Assembly (NCBI GenBank): GCA_947459365.1
Contig: CANHDG010000001.1
Coordinates: 28,566 to 92,565, forward strand
Length of the DNA stretch: 64,000 nt
Source of the DNA: Saprospirales bacterium
GTDB lineage: Bacteria > Bacteroidota > Bacteroidia > Chitinophagales > Saprospiraceae
Direction of reading: 5' to 3'
The notes below the pieces were generated by a model that was not told the origin of the DNA, did not search any database, and saw nothing but the letters and a program-made list of their open reading frames with translations. Below, piece by piece: positions 1-9,250 of this stretch; positions within the stretch are counted from its first letter, which is position 1, and each line of letters opens with the position of its first letter. The translations under genes were made by a program, and so were the position numbers.

Positions 1-480
1 ATTATCACGACTGGGTTACGAGCAAGGGACCTAGGCTGGGTAGAGGCCTTTATCGAAAATTATTCCCAATACCTCCCGCCATCGATCAGAGATAACGCAA
101 GAGCCTACAACTTAGCCAACTTATTTTCCCACCAAAAAAAATACACAAAAGCCCTTGAGGTACTTCGAAGCGTAGAGTACAGTGATGTTACCTATGCGTT
201 AGGAGCAAAAACAATCCTGCTGAGAATATATTATGAACAGGGAGAATACATAGCACTGGACTCCCTTATTGACTCTTTCCGAATTTATTTAAGAAGAAAC
301 AAGATGATCTCCAAAAACCTTCAAAAAGAATACAACAACTTCCTAAACCTAGTAAAAAAACTAACTACGATCCGATCTAAAGACCGAAAGGCATTAGAAG
401 AGTTAAAGGAAAAAGTAATGGCAACCTCCTACAACACCCCTAAAAAATGGCTAATTGATAAGTTGGACGAACTTTCATAA
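1..480 (+). CDS. 3' portion of a conserved hypothetical helical (TPR-like) protein; 5' end lies outside the window
   Basis: Frame 1 is open from base 1 to TAA at 478-480 (own translation IITTGLRARDLGWVEAFIENYSQYLPP...KKWLIDKLDELS). Absent from the ORF track because it has no start in the window. No catalytic motif recognised. Confidence 0.55.
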   Translation: MITTGLRARDLGWVEAFIENYSQYLPPSIRDNARAYNLANLFSHQKKYTKALEVLRSVEYSDVTYALGAKTILLRIYYEQGEYIALDSLIDSFRIYLRRNKMISKNLQKEYNNFLNLVKKLTTIRSKDRKALEELKEKVMATSYNTPKKWLIDKLDELS

Positions 481-484
481 AAAC

Positions 485-1129
485 CTACAGCTTTTCGCCA
501 AAGGCTAGATCCCCTGCATCACCAAGGCCAGGCACAATGTAAGATTTGGCAGTAAGCTCATCGTCAATGGCTCCAACCCATATATGAACTAATGGATTAG
601 CCGCTTGAACCGCCTCTACCCCTTGCGCACTTGCAATTACAGCAGCCACATGGATCGCCTCAGGCTTCCCAAAACGGACTAGATGCTGAATGGCTACATT
701 GATCGAACTTCCAGTCGCCAACATAGGATCACAAATAATTAATATTTTATCCTCTAAATCCGTAGAACTAACATAATCTAATTGGATTTCCATAGAGCCA
801 TCCGGATGTTCTCTTCTGTAAGCAGCAATAAACGCACTCTCAGCAGAATCAAACACTTGTAGCATTCCTTGGTGAAACGGTAACCCTGCGCGCAAAATGG
901 TTGCTATTACTACCTGCTGACTTGGAATCATCATGGTCGCAACTCCTAGTTGCGTTTCAATTTCCAAGGGCTCAAAATCCAATGACTTGCTGATCTCATG
1001 AGCCATTATCATTCCTATCCGCTCAACATTTAGTCGAAAACGCATACGGTCCTGCTGAATATCGATATCTCTTAATTCGGCAAGAAACCGATTTACTATG
1101 GAGGGTTGCAATGATAGATTTGTTATCAT
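485..1129 (-). CDS. upp: uracil phosphoribosyltransferase
   Basis: 214 aa. PRPP-binding loop ILIICDPMLATGSS and C-terminal YIVPGLGDAGDLAFG are typical of Upp. Confidence 0.93.
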   Translation of the reverse strand: MITNLSLQPSIVNRFLAELRDIDIQQDRMRFRLNVERIGMIMAHEISKSLDFEPLEIETQLGVATMMIPSQQVVIATILRAGLPFHQGMLQVFDSAESAFIAAYRREHPDGSMEIQLDYVSSTDLEDKILIICDPMLATGSSINVAIQHLVRFGKPEAIHVAAVIASAQGVEAVQAANPLVHIWVGAIDDELTAKSYIVPGLGDAGDLAFGEKL

Positions 1130-1132
1130 AAT

Positions 1133-2215
1133 TTATTCAGTTTTCCAAAGTGCATCGTACTGCTCAACTAATACGTTATCATAATAGTCAGCACGCTCAA
1201 ATAATTGATTGAAAAGAACCGTCCCTGTCTCTTCATCTAAATAGCGATCATAAATCAGAAGCGAAAGTAAAATATCCTGCTCATATACACTCAGTGTCAT
1301 TCCAGAGTTTGAATAATTCTCTCGCAATAAATACTCATAAAGACGTTTAATGTGTTGCTCCGGCAACTGACAAAGCACCGCATCCGCACTTATTAAGCCC
1401 GATTTTTCGTGATAAGTTATCGCTATTTTAGCGCTCCCTTTCCTGATTTCCCAGGCATTCGGACCACAACGACTTAATGCCGCAGGATAGCCTAATCGCT
1501 CAATTAATCGCTCAACCGTACCTGCAATGCCTTGCGCTTTGTAAATAGCTGACCTAGAAGGCAGCAGAACCTTTGCACCACAAACCATACAACTATCTTC
1601 CTCACAAGTCGCAACCGTTATTGTATTGGAGCACCCCGTACATCTAGCAGCGTCTTTTCCACCAACCTCCTTAAACGCATTCATTGACTGAGCCAATAAC
1701 TCCGAAGGCAAAGCGAAACCCATGCTATCGCTATCGCGCATGACAAAGGTATTAACGCCCACAATAAAGCCGTCTTCATCAATTAATGGACCACCTGAAT
1801 TGCCCGGATTTAAACCAATATCAATGTGAATGTAAGGCACCCCGTTAATCAACTCCCTACTGTTAGAAATATATCCAGTTTTTGCGGAAAACTGCAAGCC
1901 GAAAGGGTGTCCAAGAGCGATGACCGAATCCTTCACCTGAACTGTCTTGCTTTCTCTAAACTGAACAGTGGGAAACGAAGGAAACGGTTCTACTGCGGAA
2001 AGAAAAGCCAAATCGTACTTTCTATCAATATATACCACCCGCATTAACTGCCGCCCAAGAAATAGACCCTCAACAGCAACTTCCTGGCAGTCTTCCACCA
2101 CATGGAAGTTGGTCACTACAAGCTGCTCATCATTAACAATAAAGCCTGTGCCTGTATTAAACGGTGTGGCTATTTGCACGATGACAGCCCGATATTTTTC
2201 AATAATATCTTGCAT
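1133..2215 (-). CDS. cytoplasmic trypsin-like (S1/S1C-type) serine protease fused to a zinc ribbon and a YbjN/T3SS-chaperone-like C-terminal domain
   Basis: 360 aa with no signal peptide. Triad context VTNFHVV / YDLAFL / GNSGGPLID. Two CxxC knuckles follow (CTGC ... CMVC). The C-terminal ~150 aa show a YbjN-like pattern (LYEYLLRENYS...LFERADYYDN). Confidence 0.8.
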   Translation of the reverse strand: MQDIIEKYRAVIVQIATPFNTGTGFIVNDEQLVVTNFHVVEDCQEVAVEGLFLGRQLMRVVYIDRKYDLAFLSAVEPFPSFPTVQFRESKTVQVKDSVIALGHPFGLQFSAKTGYISNSRELINGVPYIHIDIGLNPGNSGGPLIDEDGFIVGVNTFVMRDSDSMGFALPSELLAQSMNAFKEVGGKDAARCTGCSNTITVATCEEDSCMVCGAKVLLPSRSAIYKAQGIAGTVERLIERLGYPAALSRCGPNAWEIRKGSAKIAITYHEKSGLISADAVLCQLPEQHIKRLYEYLLRENYSNSGMTLSVYEQDILLSLLIYDRYLDEETGTVLFNQLFERADYYDNVLVEQYDALWKTE

Positions 2216-2620
2216 TCAAAATGTCCGTTTTGTTTCCACACGCTAAGGTAAAGGATTCGTTCGGAATTAGTCCTCTCCGAACCCTCGGAATTCCCGCATT
2301 ATAGTCTTGATGTGATTAAAGTTTGTAAAAAATCGGTTAGCATCTAGATCTTTCCTTTTGTATACACTAAGCTAGTTGTCAAATTTGAGCCAAAAGTCTG
2401 TTATAATTATGTTATTTTTAGTTTGCAACTATCCTTACAATACCAAACAAGTACATTTGCATAGCCTTAAGGCAGCTTTTGTTGCCTATATTGCGTCATA
2501 AATGGAATCGTCGGCTATTAACAGAAAGGACTGGGGTTATTATTACGTTTTGAGACCTCACAACCTTGAATGTATCCGTATTTAAAAAAGTGCTCTTTAC
2601 TATCAAACATCAAGCTGCTT

Positions 2621-3793
2621 ATGAAAAAGCTGTTAGCTTTATCCGGATTTTTTGCAACCCTACTTTTTGCATCCTCCTGCAAAGAGGAGTTTGACTACGT
2701 GTATTATACCCCTGAAGACTATAGCCTGATTTCACAACACCTAAACCTGCCGGAGCTTCCACCCAAGTATACGGCACAACTACCTATGCACCTCTCGGGA
2801 ACAGGACTTTTTGCTCCCGAGATTAGCACAGAAGAGGCAACTCTTGGCCGGGTGTTATTTTATGACAAAAACCTTTCCAGCGACAAAACCATAAACTGTG
2901 CGAGTTGCCACAAACAAGAGCTTGGGTTCGCTGATAACAAGGCTGTCAGCCCTGGTGTCGAATCCAGAGCTGGTCAACGTAATGCCATTGCTCTGAGCTC
3001 CGTCGCCAACTTCGCTGCATACTACGGTACTGACTTGAATGGATCCGGTGCTATACCCTTCTTCTGGGATAACCGCGCCAACACTGCCTCCCAACAAAAC
3101 TTGGAGACAATGGCAAATCCGGTAGAAATGAACATGAAGCCGCATGAAATTAAAGCCGCGGTAGAAGCCCAGGCCTACTATAAACCACTCTTCAAAAAAG
3201 CATTTGGTAACGAAGAAATAACCGCTCAGCGAATTTCACAAGCCCTCGCCTCTTTCGTAAATGCAATGGGATCCTACCAGAGCCGTTTTGATGCGGCGGC
3301 TAATGCAGCCTTCAACAACAACCAATTTGGAATTGATTATCACCAACAATTTCTGAACCTTTCCACGCTCGAAAACCGAGGTAAAGCCTTATACATGGCC
3401 AATTGTGCCTCTTGCCACTCTCAAAATTTTGGCCGCCCAATGAAAGTCTATTCAAATAATGGACTAGACGAAACCACCGTAGATCAAGGCGTCGGCGGTA
3501 TTACCGGGTTTGCATCCCAAAAAGGCGTATTTAAAGTACCCACACTTCGAAATATTGCTTTAACAGCCCCTTATATGCACGATGGACGCTTTAAAACACT
3601 ATCAGAAGTTATTGATCACTATAGCACCGGAATTAAATTCCACCCAAACCTAGGCGAAGAGCTAAGACAAGGAAATCAACCTATTAAAATGCAGTTCAGC
3701 TCAGAAGATAAAGAGGCGCTATTAGCTTTCTTTAACACCCTGACCGATGACGTGTTTCTCCAAGATGAACGTTTTTCCGACCCGCATAAATAG
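2621..3793 (+). CDS. di-haem cytochrome c peroxidase family protein (CCP/MauG family), lipoprotein-type signal
   Basis: Two CxxCH haem motifs (CASCHKQ, CASCHSQ) and PTLRNIALTAPYMHDG. The ORF-track start is 2570. ATG 2621 gives MKKLLALSGFFATLLFASSC, a lipobox-like signal. The start is uncertain between 2570 and 2621. Confidence 0.88.
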   Translation: MKKLLALSGFFATLLFASSCKEEFDYVYYTPEDYSLISQHLNLPELPPKYTAQLPMHLSGTGLFAPEISTEEATLGRVLFYDKNLSSDKTINCASCHKQELGFADNKAVSPGVESRAGQRNAIALSSVANFAAYYGTDLNGSGAIPFFWDNRANTASQQNLETMANPVEMNMKPHEIKAAVEAQAYYKPLFKKAFGNEEITAQRISQALASFVNAMGSYQSRFDAAANAAFNNNQFGIDYHQQFLNLSTLENRGKALYMANCASCHSQNFGRPMKVYSNNGLDETTVDQGVGGITGFASQKGVFKVPTLRNIALTAPYMHDGRFKTLSEVIDHYSTGIKFHPNLGEELRQGNQPIKMQFSSEDKEALLAFFNTLTDDVFLQDERFSDPHK

Positions 3794-3822
3794 TAGAATC
3801 AGTTAATTTAAACAATAAAAAA

Positions 3823-3856
3823 AGGGGATTAGAGTGGTTTTCTCTAATCCCCTTTT
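3823..3856 (+). terminator. intrinsic terminator after the peroxidase gene
   Basis: Stem aggggattagag (3823-3834) pairs with ctctaatcccct (3842-3853), followed by a short T-run. It overlaps the GTG 'start' at 3834 of the next track ORF, which argues for the ATG 3879 start. Confidence 0.6.
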
Positions 3857-3878
3857 ACTTTGGTTAAAATTTTATAAC

Positions 3879-4685
3879 ATGAAAAAATTTCTTTTTCTAC
3901 TTCTATCTCACCTAATATTAGTAAGCTGCTCACAACATTACTATTACGCACCCAATACCCTTCACCTCCCTGCCGTATCACAAAAAGGCCAAATTAGCAT
4001 AGAAGCGTCGTTAAATGGAAGTAGTCAGATAAGAGGCACAGAAGTTCGTTCTGCTTGGATGCCTGCTCAAAACGTATCCGTCATGGCTAACCTCATGTAT
4101 CTATCTGGTTCTTTTGAGCAAACAAATTTTTTTGTATTCCCCACACCCCCTACAGAGCTCCATACCGGTAGTGGACATCTCCTTGAGCTCGGACTATCTA
4201 AACACTTTCCACTTTCTAATACCAACTCCGTTTTTTCCATTACTTCTGGTGCTGGCCTAGGCCGCTCTATTAACACCTTCGACAAACAAAGGAAAGCGGA
4301 ACTGAACTTTAGTCGTTATTTCGTTCAACCCGCTTTCATGTCTTATGGAAAAATGGCCAATGTAGGGGTGGGCTTCCGCTTCTCTTATCTTAACTTTTAT
4401 GGAGGAACTATTGACTACACCATAAATGAAAGCGATCTATACACGATTAAAAATATTGAGCAAAAAGCCCATTTCTTACTGCCTGATGTGGGATTCACTG
4501 CTGGGGTTCGATTCGACCCAATAGAAATCCGATGTAATATTACCCTCGGACTAATGCCGCAGCCGTATCAATTCGGATTCTCCAACCATAATTTGAGCAT
4601 ATCTGCCTTGACTGTTTTAGATGCCGAGCAATCCAATAAAAAATACACAAAAAGAAAAATCTCTAAAAAGAAAAAAAGGAAATGA
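3879..4685 (+). CDS. hypothetical lipoprotein / outer-membrane-like protein with a polybasic C-terminal tail
   Basis: MKKFLFLLLSHLILVSC lipobox. The body is beta-strand-like with alternating hydrophobic residues. The tail is SNKKYTKRKISKKKKRK. No family recognised. Confidence 0.6.
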   Translation: MKKFLFLLLSHLILVSCSQHYYYAPNTLHLPAVSQKGQISIEASLNGSSQIRGTEVRSAWMPAQNVSVMANLMYLSGSFEQTNFFVFPTPPTELHTGSGHLLELGLSKHFPLSNTNSVFSITSGAGLGRSINTFDKQRKAELNFSRYFVQPAFMSYGKMANVGVGFRFSYLNFYGGTIDYTINESDLYTIKNIEQKAHFLLPDVGFTAGVRFDPIEIRCNITLGLMPQPYQFGFSNHNLSISALTVLDAEQSNKKYTKRKISKKKKRK

Positions 4686-4758
4686 CGCACCTAGCTATGG
4701 CACCAAAATAGCACTATGGCCAGACAATTTTGTATATTTGCGCTAAATACCGTAATAA

Positions 4759-6441
4759 ATGAAGCGCTGGATACTGCCTGAAACCTCCTCATTACTGGTT
4801 CATCTATTGTCATCCGAACTGGCAATAGATCCCCTTTTAGCTACCGCCCTCGCTCAGCGTGGGGTATGCTCCTCTTTAGAGGCTAATCGCTTTTTTGAAC
4901 CAACACTGGAAGACCTTCATTCCCCTTTCCTGATGAAGGATATGCAAACAGCAGTCGAACGATTAGACCTTGCCATTCAAAAAGGACAGCGCATACTGTT
5001 GTACGGAGACTATGACGTGGACGGAACTGCCAGCGTAGCAATGATGTATGCCTTTTTAAAGCCATTCTACCCTAATATTGATTATTATCTTCCAGATAGA
5101 GATAAAGAAGGATACGGTGTTAGTATCAACGGAATTGAATACGCCAAAAATTCAACGTGCGAACTGATTATCGCAATGGACTGCGGTATCAAGGCCAATA
5201 AAGCCGTAGATCTGGCCAATTCGTATGGAATAGATTTTATTATTTGTGATCACCACCTCCCAGAAGGTGCACTCCCAAATGCAGTGGCAAACCTAGACCC
5301 AAAACGATCCGATTGCCACTACCCGTTTAAAGAACTGAGTGGCTGCGGCATCGCCTTCAAACTAGCCCAGGCCTATGCATATTACCACGATACACCTGTA
5401 CAAGAATTAGAAAGCCTGCTTGACTTCGTCGCACTCAGTATTGCATGTGACATCGTCCCAATTGTAGGTGAAAACAGGACATTAGCCCATTTTGGACTAA
5501 AAAAACTAAATTTTGAACCTAGGCTAGGTATCTGGGCTCTGATTAATAGAAGTCGCCGCTCCTATCCACTTAATATCAGCGATCTTGTTTTTGGCCTTGG
5601 CCCCCTAATCAACTCAGCAGGGCGAATAGCAGATGCTCGTGAAGCTGTTCAACTATTATTGTCTAGCGACAGAACAAGCGCATTAGACGCTGCTACTCGG
5701 CTTGTAGAGCGTAATAAAACCAGACAAGAGGTCGATTTTGCAGCAGTAACAAGTGCCCGAATCCAAGCCAAACATCAAATCGAGGAATGCAATCCAGCAA
5801 GCATTGTTTTATTCAACCCAGAATGGCATAAGGGAATCATTGGAATTACCGCCAGTCGAATCTCCGAAGAATTCCATAAACCAACCGTAATCCTAACAGA
5901 AAGCGAAGGGGTCGCCGTTGGATCTGCCCGGTCCGTCCCAGGATTTGACCTTTATGCTGCGCTTCAATCCTGCGACCACCTGTTTTGTTCTTTTGGAGGG
6001 CATGCCTATGCCGCCGGTATGCAAATGCCTATCGAAAACATCCCATCATTTTCTAGTAAATTTGAAACGTTTGTAAATGAATCGATAACAGAAGTCGCAA
6101 AACAGCCCATTCTGGAAGTAATCGGTGAAATTACCTTTGACCAAATCAATACCCCCTTTTGGAATACGTTAAAAAGATTTGCTCCCTTCGGCCCACTTAA
6201 TATGACACCCGTTTTTGTCGCAAAAGGGGTGGTCGATACAGGAAAAAGCAAACGAATGGAAAACAACCATGTCAAAATGTGCCTTAAACAAGGGAAAAGA
6301 GTTTTTAATGCAATTGGTTTTGGACTAGCTGACCAATTCGAATCTTGCAAAAACAGGCCATTTGATCTGGCATTTAGCATTAGGGAAGAGCAATGGAGAG
6401 GAGAAAATTACCTAAGTCTGGTTGTAAAAGATTTGCACTAA
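4759..6441 (+). CDS. recJ: single-stranded-DNA-specific exonuclease RecJ
   Basis: 560 aa. DHH-family motifs LLYGDYDVDGTAS and ICDHHLP, plus a DHHA1-like GGHAYAAG. Confidence 0.95.
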   Translation: MKRWILPETSSLLVHLLSSELAIDPLLATALAQRGVCSSLEANRFFEPTLEDLHSPFLMKDMQTAVERLDLAIQKGQRILLYGDYDVDGTASVAMMYAFLKPFYPNIDYYLPDRDKEGYGVSINGIEYAKNSTCELIIAMDCGIKANKAVDLANSYGIDFIICDHHLPEGALPNAVANLDPKRSDCHYPFKELSGCGIAFKLAQAYAYYHDTPVQELESLLDFVALSIACDIVPIVGENRTLAHFGLKKLNFEPRLGIWALINRSRRSYPLNISDLVFGLGPLINSAGRIADAREAVQLLLSSDRTSALDAATRLVERNKTRQEVDFAAVTSARIQAKHQIEECNPASIVLFNPEWHKGIIGITASRISEEFHKPTVILTESEGVAVGSARSVPGFDLYAALQSCDHLFCSFGGHAYAAGMQMPIENIPSFSSKFETFVNESITEVAKQPILEVIGEITFDQINTPFWNTLKRFAPFGPLNMTPVFVAKGVVDTGKSKRMENNHVKMCLKQGKRVFNAIGFGLADQFESCKNRPFDLAFSIREEQWRGENYLSLVVKDLH

Positions 6442-7157
6442 ACGCCGTAACCGCACTCTGGGCTCCCATCTGCGCCCTTTCGTTGGCCCTGTCATCCAAA
6501 CATACCGCTGGATACAATACCAGTATCGGTTTAGAAGAATTGTGGCTACTTTTTGCATCTTTTTTTGTCTATAACATCCATGCTAAGTATTCGGAACTTC
6601 GAACAGTAGCAAAGAGCTCTGGCCTAATAGCGGCTCTTTTAACCAATGCTCTACCACCAATAAGCAGCCAAATTGCTTTATTTGCCGGCCTACTTTGGCT
6701 TGGCTATTACTACGCCCTTCGCTCGTGGGCAATTCTAAAGCCAATTTTGATTGGTATAGTCTGGGTGCTGGCAACCCATGCCATACCAATTAATGATTGG
6801 CTCTGGAATGAAATAGCCTTCTTTCGGCTTGGGCTGATATTTGTCCTTTCATTGGCTTATGATATGGTAGACCAGCAACGTGATTTGACACAAAACACGC
6901 AAACATTGGTTTTAATATTAGGAGTTAAGAATAGCACACTACTTTCAATTCTCCTTTTAGTACTCTTCTCCTGCATATCTTGGAGCATGATAAGCATCAG
7001 ACTACCAATCCTTGTTTCCTCTGTGTGCTCCATTTGTATTTTAGTGCTACTCGCTTGGAAAACAACAACCACATCACCCGACAATCCTCTATGGAAAATT
7101 CTAATTGATTCCGTCCTTTTAACCTATTCAATCTCCTCTTTTTTAGCCGCTTCCTAA
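6393..7157 (+). CDS. polytopic membrane protein, weak UbiA-prenyltransferase-like Asp-rich motif
   Basis: 254 aa with multiple hydrophobic helices. A single YDMVDQQRD motif is present. The only ATG start lies 49 nt inside the recJ 3' end. Confidence 0.5.
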   Translation: MERRKLPKSGCKRFALNAVTALWAPICALSLALSSKHTAGYNTSIGLEELWLLFASFFVYNIHAKYSELRTVAKSSGLIAALLTNALPPISSQIALFAGLLWLGYYYALRSWAILKPILIGIVWVLATHAIPINDWLWNEIAFFRLGLIFVLSLAYDMVDQQRDLTQNTQTLVLILGVKNSTLLSILLLVLFSCISWSMISIRLPILVSSVCSICILVLLAWKTTTTSPDNPLWKILIDSVLLTYSISSFLAAS

Positions 7158-7169
7158 TAGATGCAGGAT

Positions 7170-8336
7170 TTAATAGTATCGCCCCATTTTGGGATGCTCC
7201 ACAATTATCTTTTTTAAAACATTAAAATCAACCGCACCCTGATACGACCATACCAGCTCCCCACCAGGAGCAATCAATAATGAATAGGGCAGCGCACCAT
7301 TCCAGTTTTTATCAACCATTTCAATTAACCCGTAAATGTCATCCCCACTAAACTGATAATTTGCAACCCCAGATTGTTTTTCTCTTAAAAAGCGAAGCAC
7401 CTTTTCCGATTGGTCTGGCTTGTCAACTGAGATAGAAGCAAATTCAAAGTCTCGTGCACCATACATCCTTTGCAAAATTAAAAATTCAGGGTATTCCAGC
7501 ACACAAGGACCGCACCAAGTCGCCCAAAAATTAAGTAATAAAAGCTTTTCAGAAGCATTATTTTTAACTACCTGGTTTAGCTTCTTCATATCTATCTGCT
7601 CAAGGAGAACAGGACGAGCTGCCCATTTGGCATCAGCAGGAGCCCTCAAATCCAACTTCCAGCCCCACTTCACGGAACAGCCGAACGTTTTCGTCACCTC
7701 TGAAGCTACCTTTTCTCCCGCTAATGTCGATTCAATCGCTTTGCGTATGTCCTCTCCATTCGCTGTGCCAGGTCGCTCCGACTTGTCCAAACGACCCAAA
7801 TAAGTTAATCGTCTTTGTTGGTTAAATACAAACGCGTGAGGCGTTGCTACTGGCCCGTATTTCAATGATGCAGACTGATTATCACCATCATACAAATAAG
7901 GAAAATTATATTCTTTATCCACAGACCTAAGAACCATATCCTCATAAGTATCCCCAAGATCCGAGTAGCCCAATTCTTCATATAACAAACCGAGTGGGCT
8001 ATTCGGTGAAATAGCCACTACCTGAACACCCTGCGAATGATAATCCTTAACCAGCGCTTTAATTCGTTCCTCATAAGCCTGTGCAGTAGGGCAGTGGTTG
8101 CACGTAAAAATAATGACCAATACCCTTGACGACGCAAAATCATTAAGAGAATACCACTTTCCATCCACACCAGGCAACTTAAAGTCCGGGGCCTCTTCCC
8201 CAATAGCCAGTGTTCTTACGGCTTGAATGGGAACCTCCTGTGGGTTGGACTTGAATTGACCCGGCTGTACTTTCTGTCGCATTAAACTACAACCCAAAAA
8301 TAGACTCAAAAACAAAAGAGTTAGAGCGAATCGCAT
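7170..8336 (-). CDS. two-domain thioredoxin-fold (redoxin/TlpA-like) lipoprotein
   Basis: 388 aa. Lipobox LFLGCS. N-domain motif FTCNHCP and C-domain motif FWATWCGPC. Confidence 0.85.
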   Translation of the reverse strand: MRFALTLLFLSLFLGCSLMRQKVQPGQFKSNPQEVPIQAVRTLAIGEEAPDFKLPGVDGKWYSLNDFASSRVLVIIFTCNHCPTAQAYEERIKALVKDYHSQGVQVVAISPNSPLGLLYEELGYSDLGDTYEDMVLRSVDKEYNFPYLYDGDNQSASLKYGPVATPHAFVFNQQRRLTYLGRLDKSERPGTANGEDIRKAIESTLAGEKVASEVTKTFGCSVKWGWKLDLRAPADAKWAARPVLLEQIDMKKLNQVVKNNASEKLLLLNFWATWCGPCVLEYPEFLILQRMYGARDFEFASISVDKPDQSEKVLRFLREKQSGVANYQFSGDDIYGLIEMVDKNWNGALPYSLLIAPGGELVWSYQGAVDFNVLKKIIVEHPKMGRYY

Positions 8337-8580
8337 AGTATGATATCTTTCTAAAAGCGTTAAACCTAAATAGTCCTACTGCAAAGAAAACAATTAAATT
8401 ATTAATATTTTGAATTAACCTCTTTTTATCCACGCAGAACCAAATATATCCTAAGGCTTTTATGTGTCAAGAATGAATGCTACCACTCTAATTTTGTTGG
8501 GGAAGTTGAAAAACCTATCCCACCCCAAAACATTAACAACCAATTGTTTATGGACAAACTCAATTTTAAACACCCCACTT

Positions 8581-8596
8581 TGTGACCTTAGTCACC
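8581..8596. promoter_or_regulatory. CRP/FNR-type palindrome TGTGA-N6-TCACC upstream of the yceI-like gene
   Basis: tgtgaccttagtcacc read directly. Its centre lies about 60 nt upstream of the transcription start predicted from the -7 box at 8639-8646. Confidence 0.3.
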
Positions 8597-8638
8597 AACA
8601 ATTTTAACAAAGATCACAACGCATACTAACAACCATTA

Positions 8639-8646
8639 TACTTTTG
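8639..8646 (+). promoter_or_regulatory. Bacteroidota -7 promoter box (TAnnTTTG)
   Basis: TACTTTTG lies 17 nt upstream of ATG 8664. A second box, TAATTTTG, is at 8489-8496. Confidence 0.5.
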
Positions 8647-8663
8647 TCCAAAAATCAGTCGTC

Positions 8664-9227
8664 ATGAAATTTAAACTTACTTTTTTATTAATTTTAATTA
8701 GTTCATTTTTATTTGGACAATCAAACCTAAAAATTGCCAACTATTATTTTGTCATCAAGGGCACTTCGAATTTACATGACTGGGAGTCTAAGGCAAATGA
8801 AGTGCGCTCAAATACAACCATTCTCTTGGATAAGAGAGGGCTCCACTCCATACAAGCGCTTTACCTTGAAATACCCGTAAAAACGATTAAAAGTGCAAAG
8901 GGATCCATTATGGATGGTAAGACGTATGAGGCGCTCCGGGCAGACAATTACCCAAACATCACCTTTAAATTGGATCAAATCAATAAACTGAGCAAAAGTG
9001 GAGACAAATATGAGGTTGCTGCCTCTGGCTATTTGAATATCGCCGGGACGACCAATAAAATTGAAATGTGTGTGCACGCAAAAGTTGGTGAAGACGGAAG
9101 CGTTTCCTTTTCAGGATCCAAAAAACTTAAGATGACTGACTATAAAATAAAGCCACCCACCGCCTTGATGGGAACCTTGACCACCGGTAATGAGGTCGAA
9201 ATCGCCTTTACAATTACCTTAAAATAA
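8664..9227 (+). CDS. YceI-like periplasmic polyisoprenoid-binding family protein
   Basis: 187 aa with a signal peptide. The pattern IKGTSNLHDWES...LKMTDYKIKPP is typical of YceI-like domains. Confidence 0.8.
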   Translation: MKFKLTFLLILISSFLFGQSNLKIANYYFVIKGTSNLHDWESKANEVRSNTTILLDKRGLHSIQALYLEIPVKTIKSAKGSIMDGKTYEALRADNYPNITFKLDQINKLSKSGDKYEVAASGYLNIAGTTNKIEMCVHAKVGEDGSVSFSGSKKLKMTDYKIKPPTALMGTLTTGNEVEIAFTITLK

Positions 9228-9250
9228 ATCTAAAACTTATTAACTTCAGT

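Noticed and set aside
3834-3878. N-terminal extensions in the ORF track. Examples are starts at 3834, 26044, 32567, 34415, 39168, 51264, 56401 and 58461, and the extension of the minus-strand tsaB ORF to 49646.
   Set aside because: The extensions begin at TTG/GTG or upstream ATG codons that overlap terminators or -7 boxes, or that precede canonical N-termini and signal peptides. I trimmed them to the internal ATG.
6393-6441. The 49-nt overlap between recJ and the downstream membrane protein gene, considered as a recoding or coupling signal.
   Set aside because: No slippery sequence is present. The overlap exists only because 6393 is the sole ATG in that frame. A non-canonical downstream start cannot be excluded, so it is not worth a claim.
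8426-8434. A DnaA-box-like sequence, TTATCCACG.
   Set aside because: It is a single 8-of-9 match with no cluster of boxes, no AT-rich unwinding element pattern, and no dnaA or dnaN nearby. It is not an origin.
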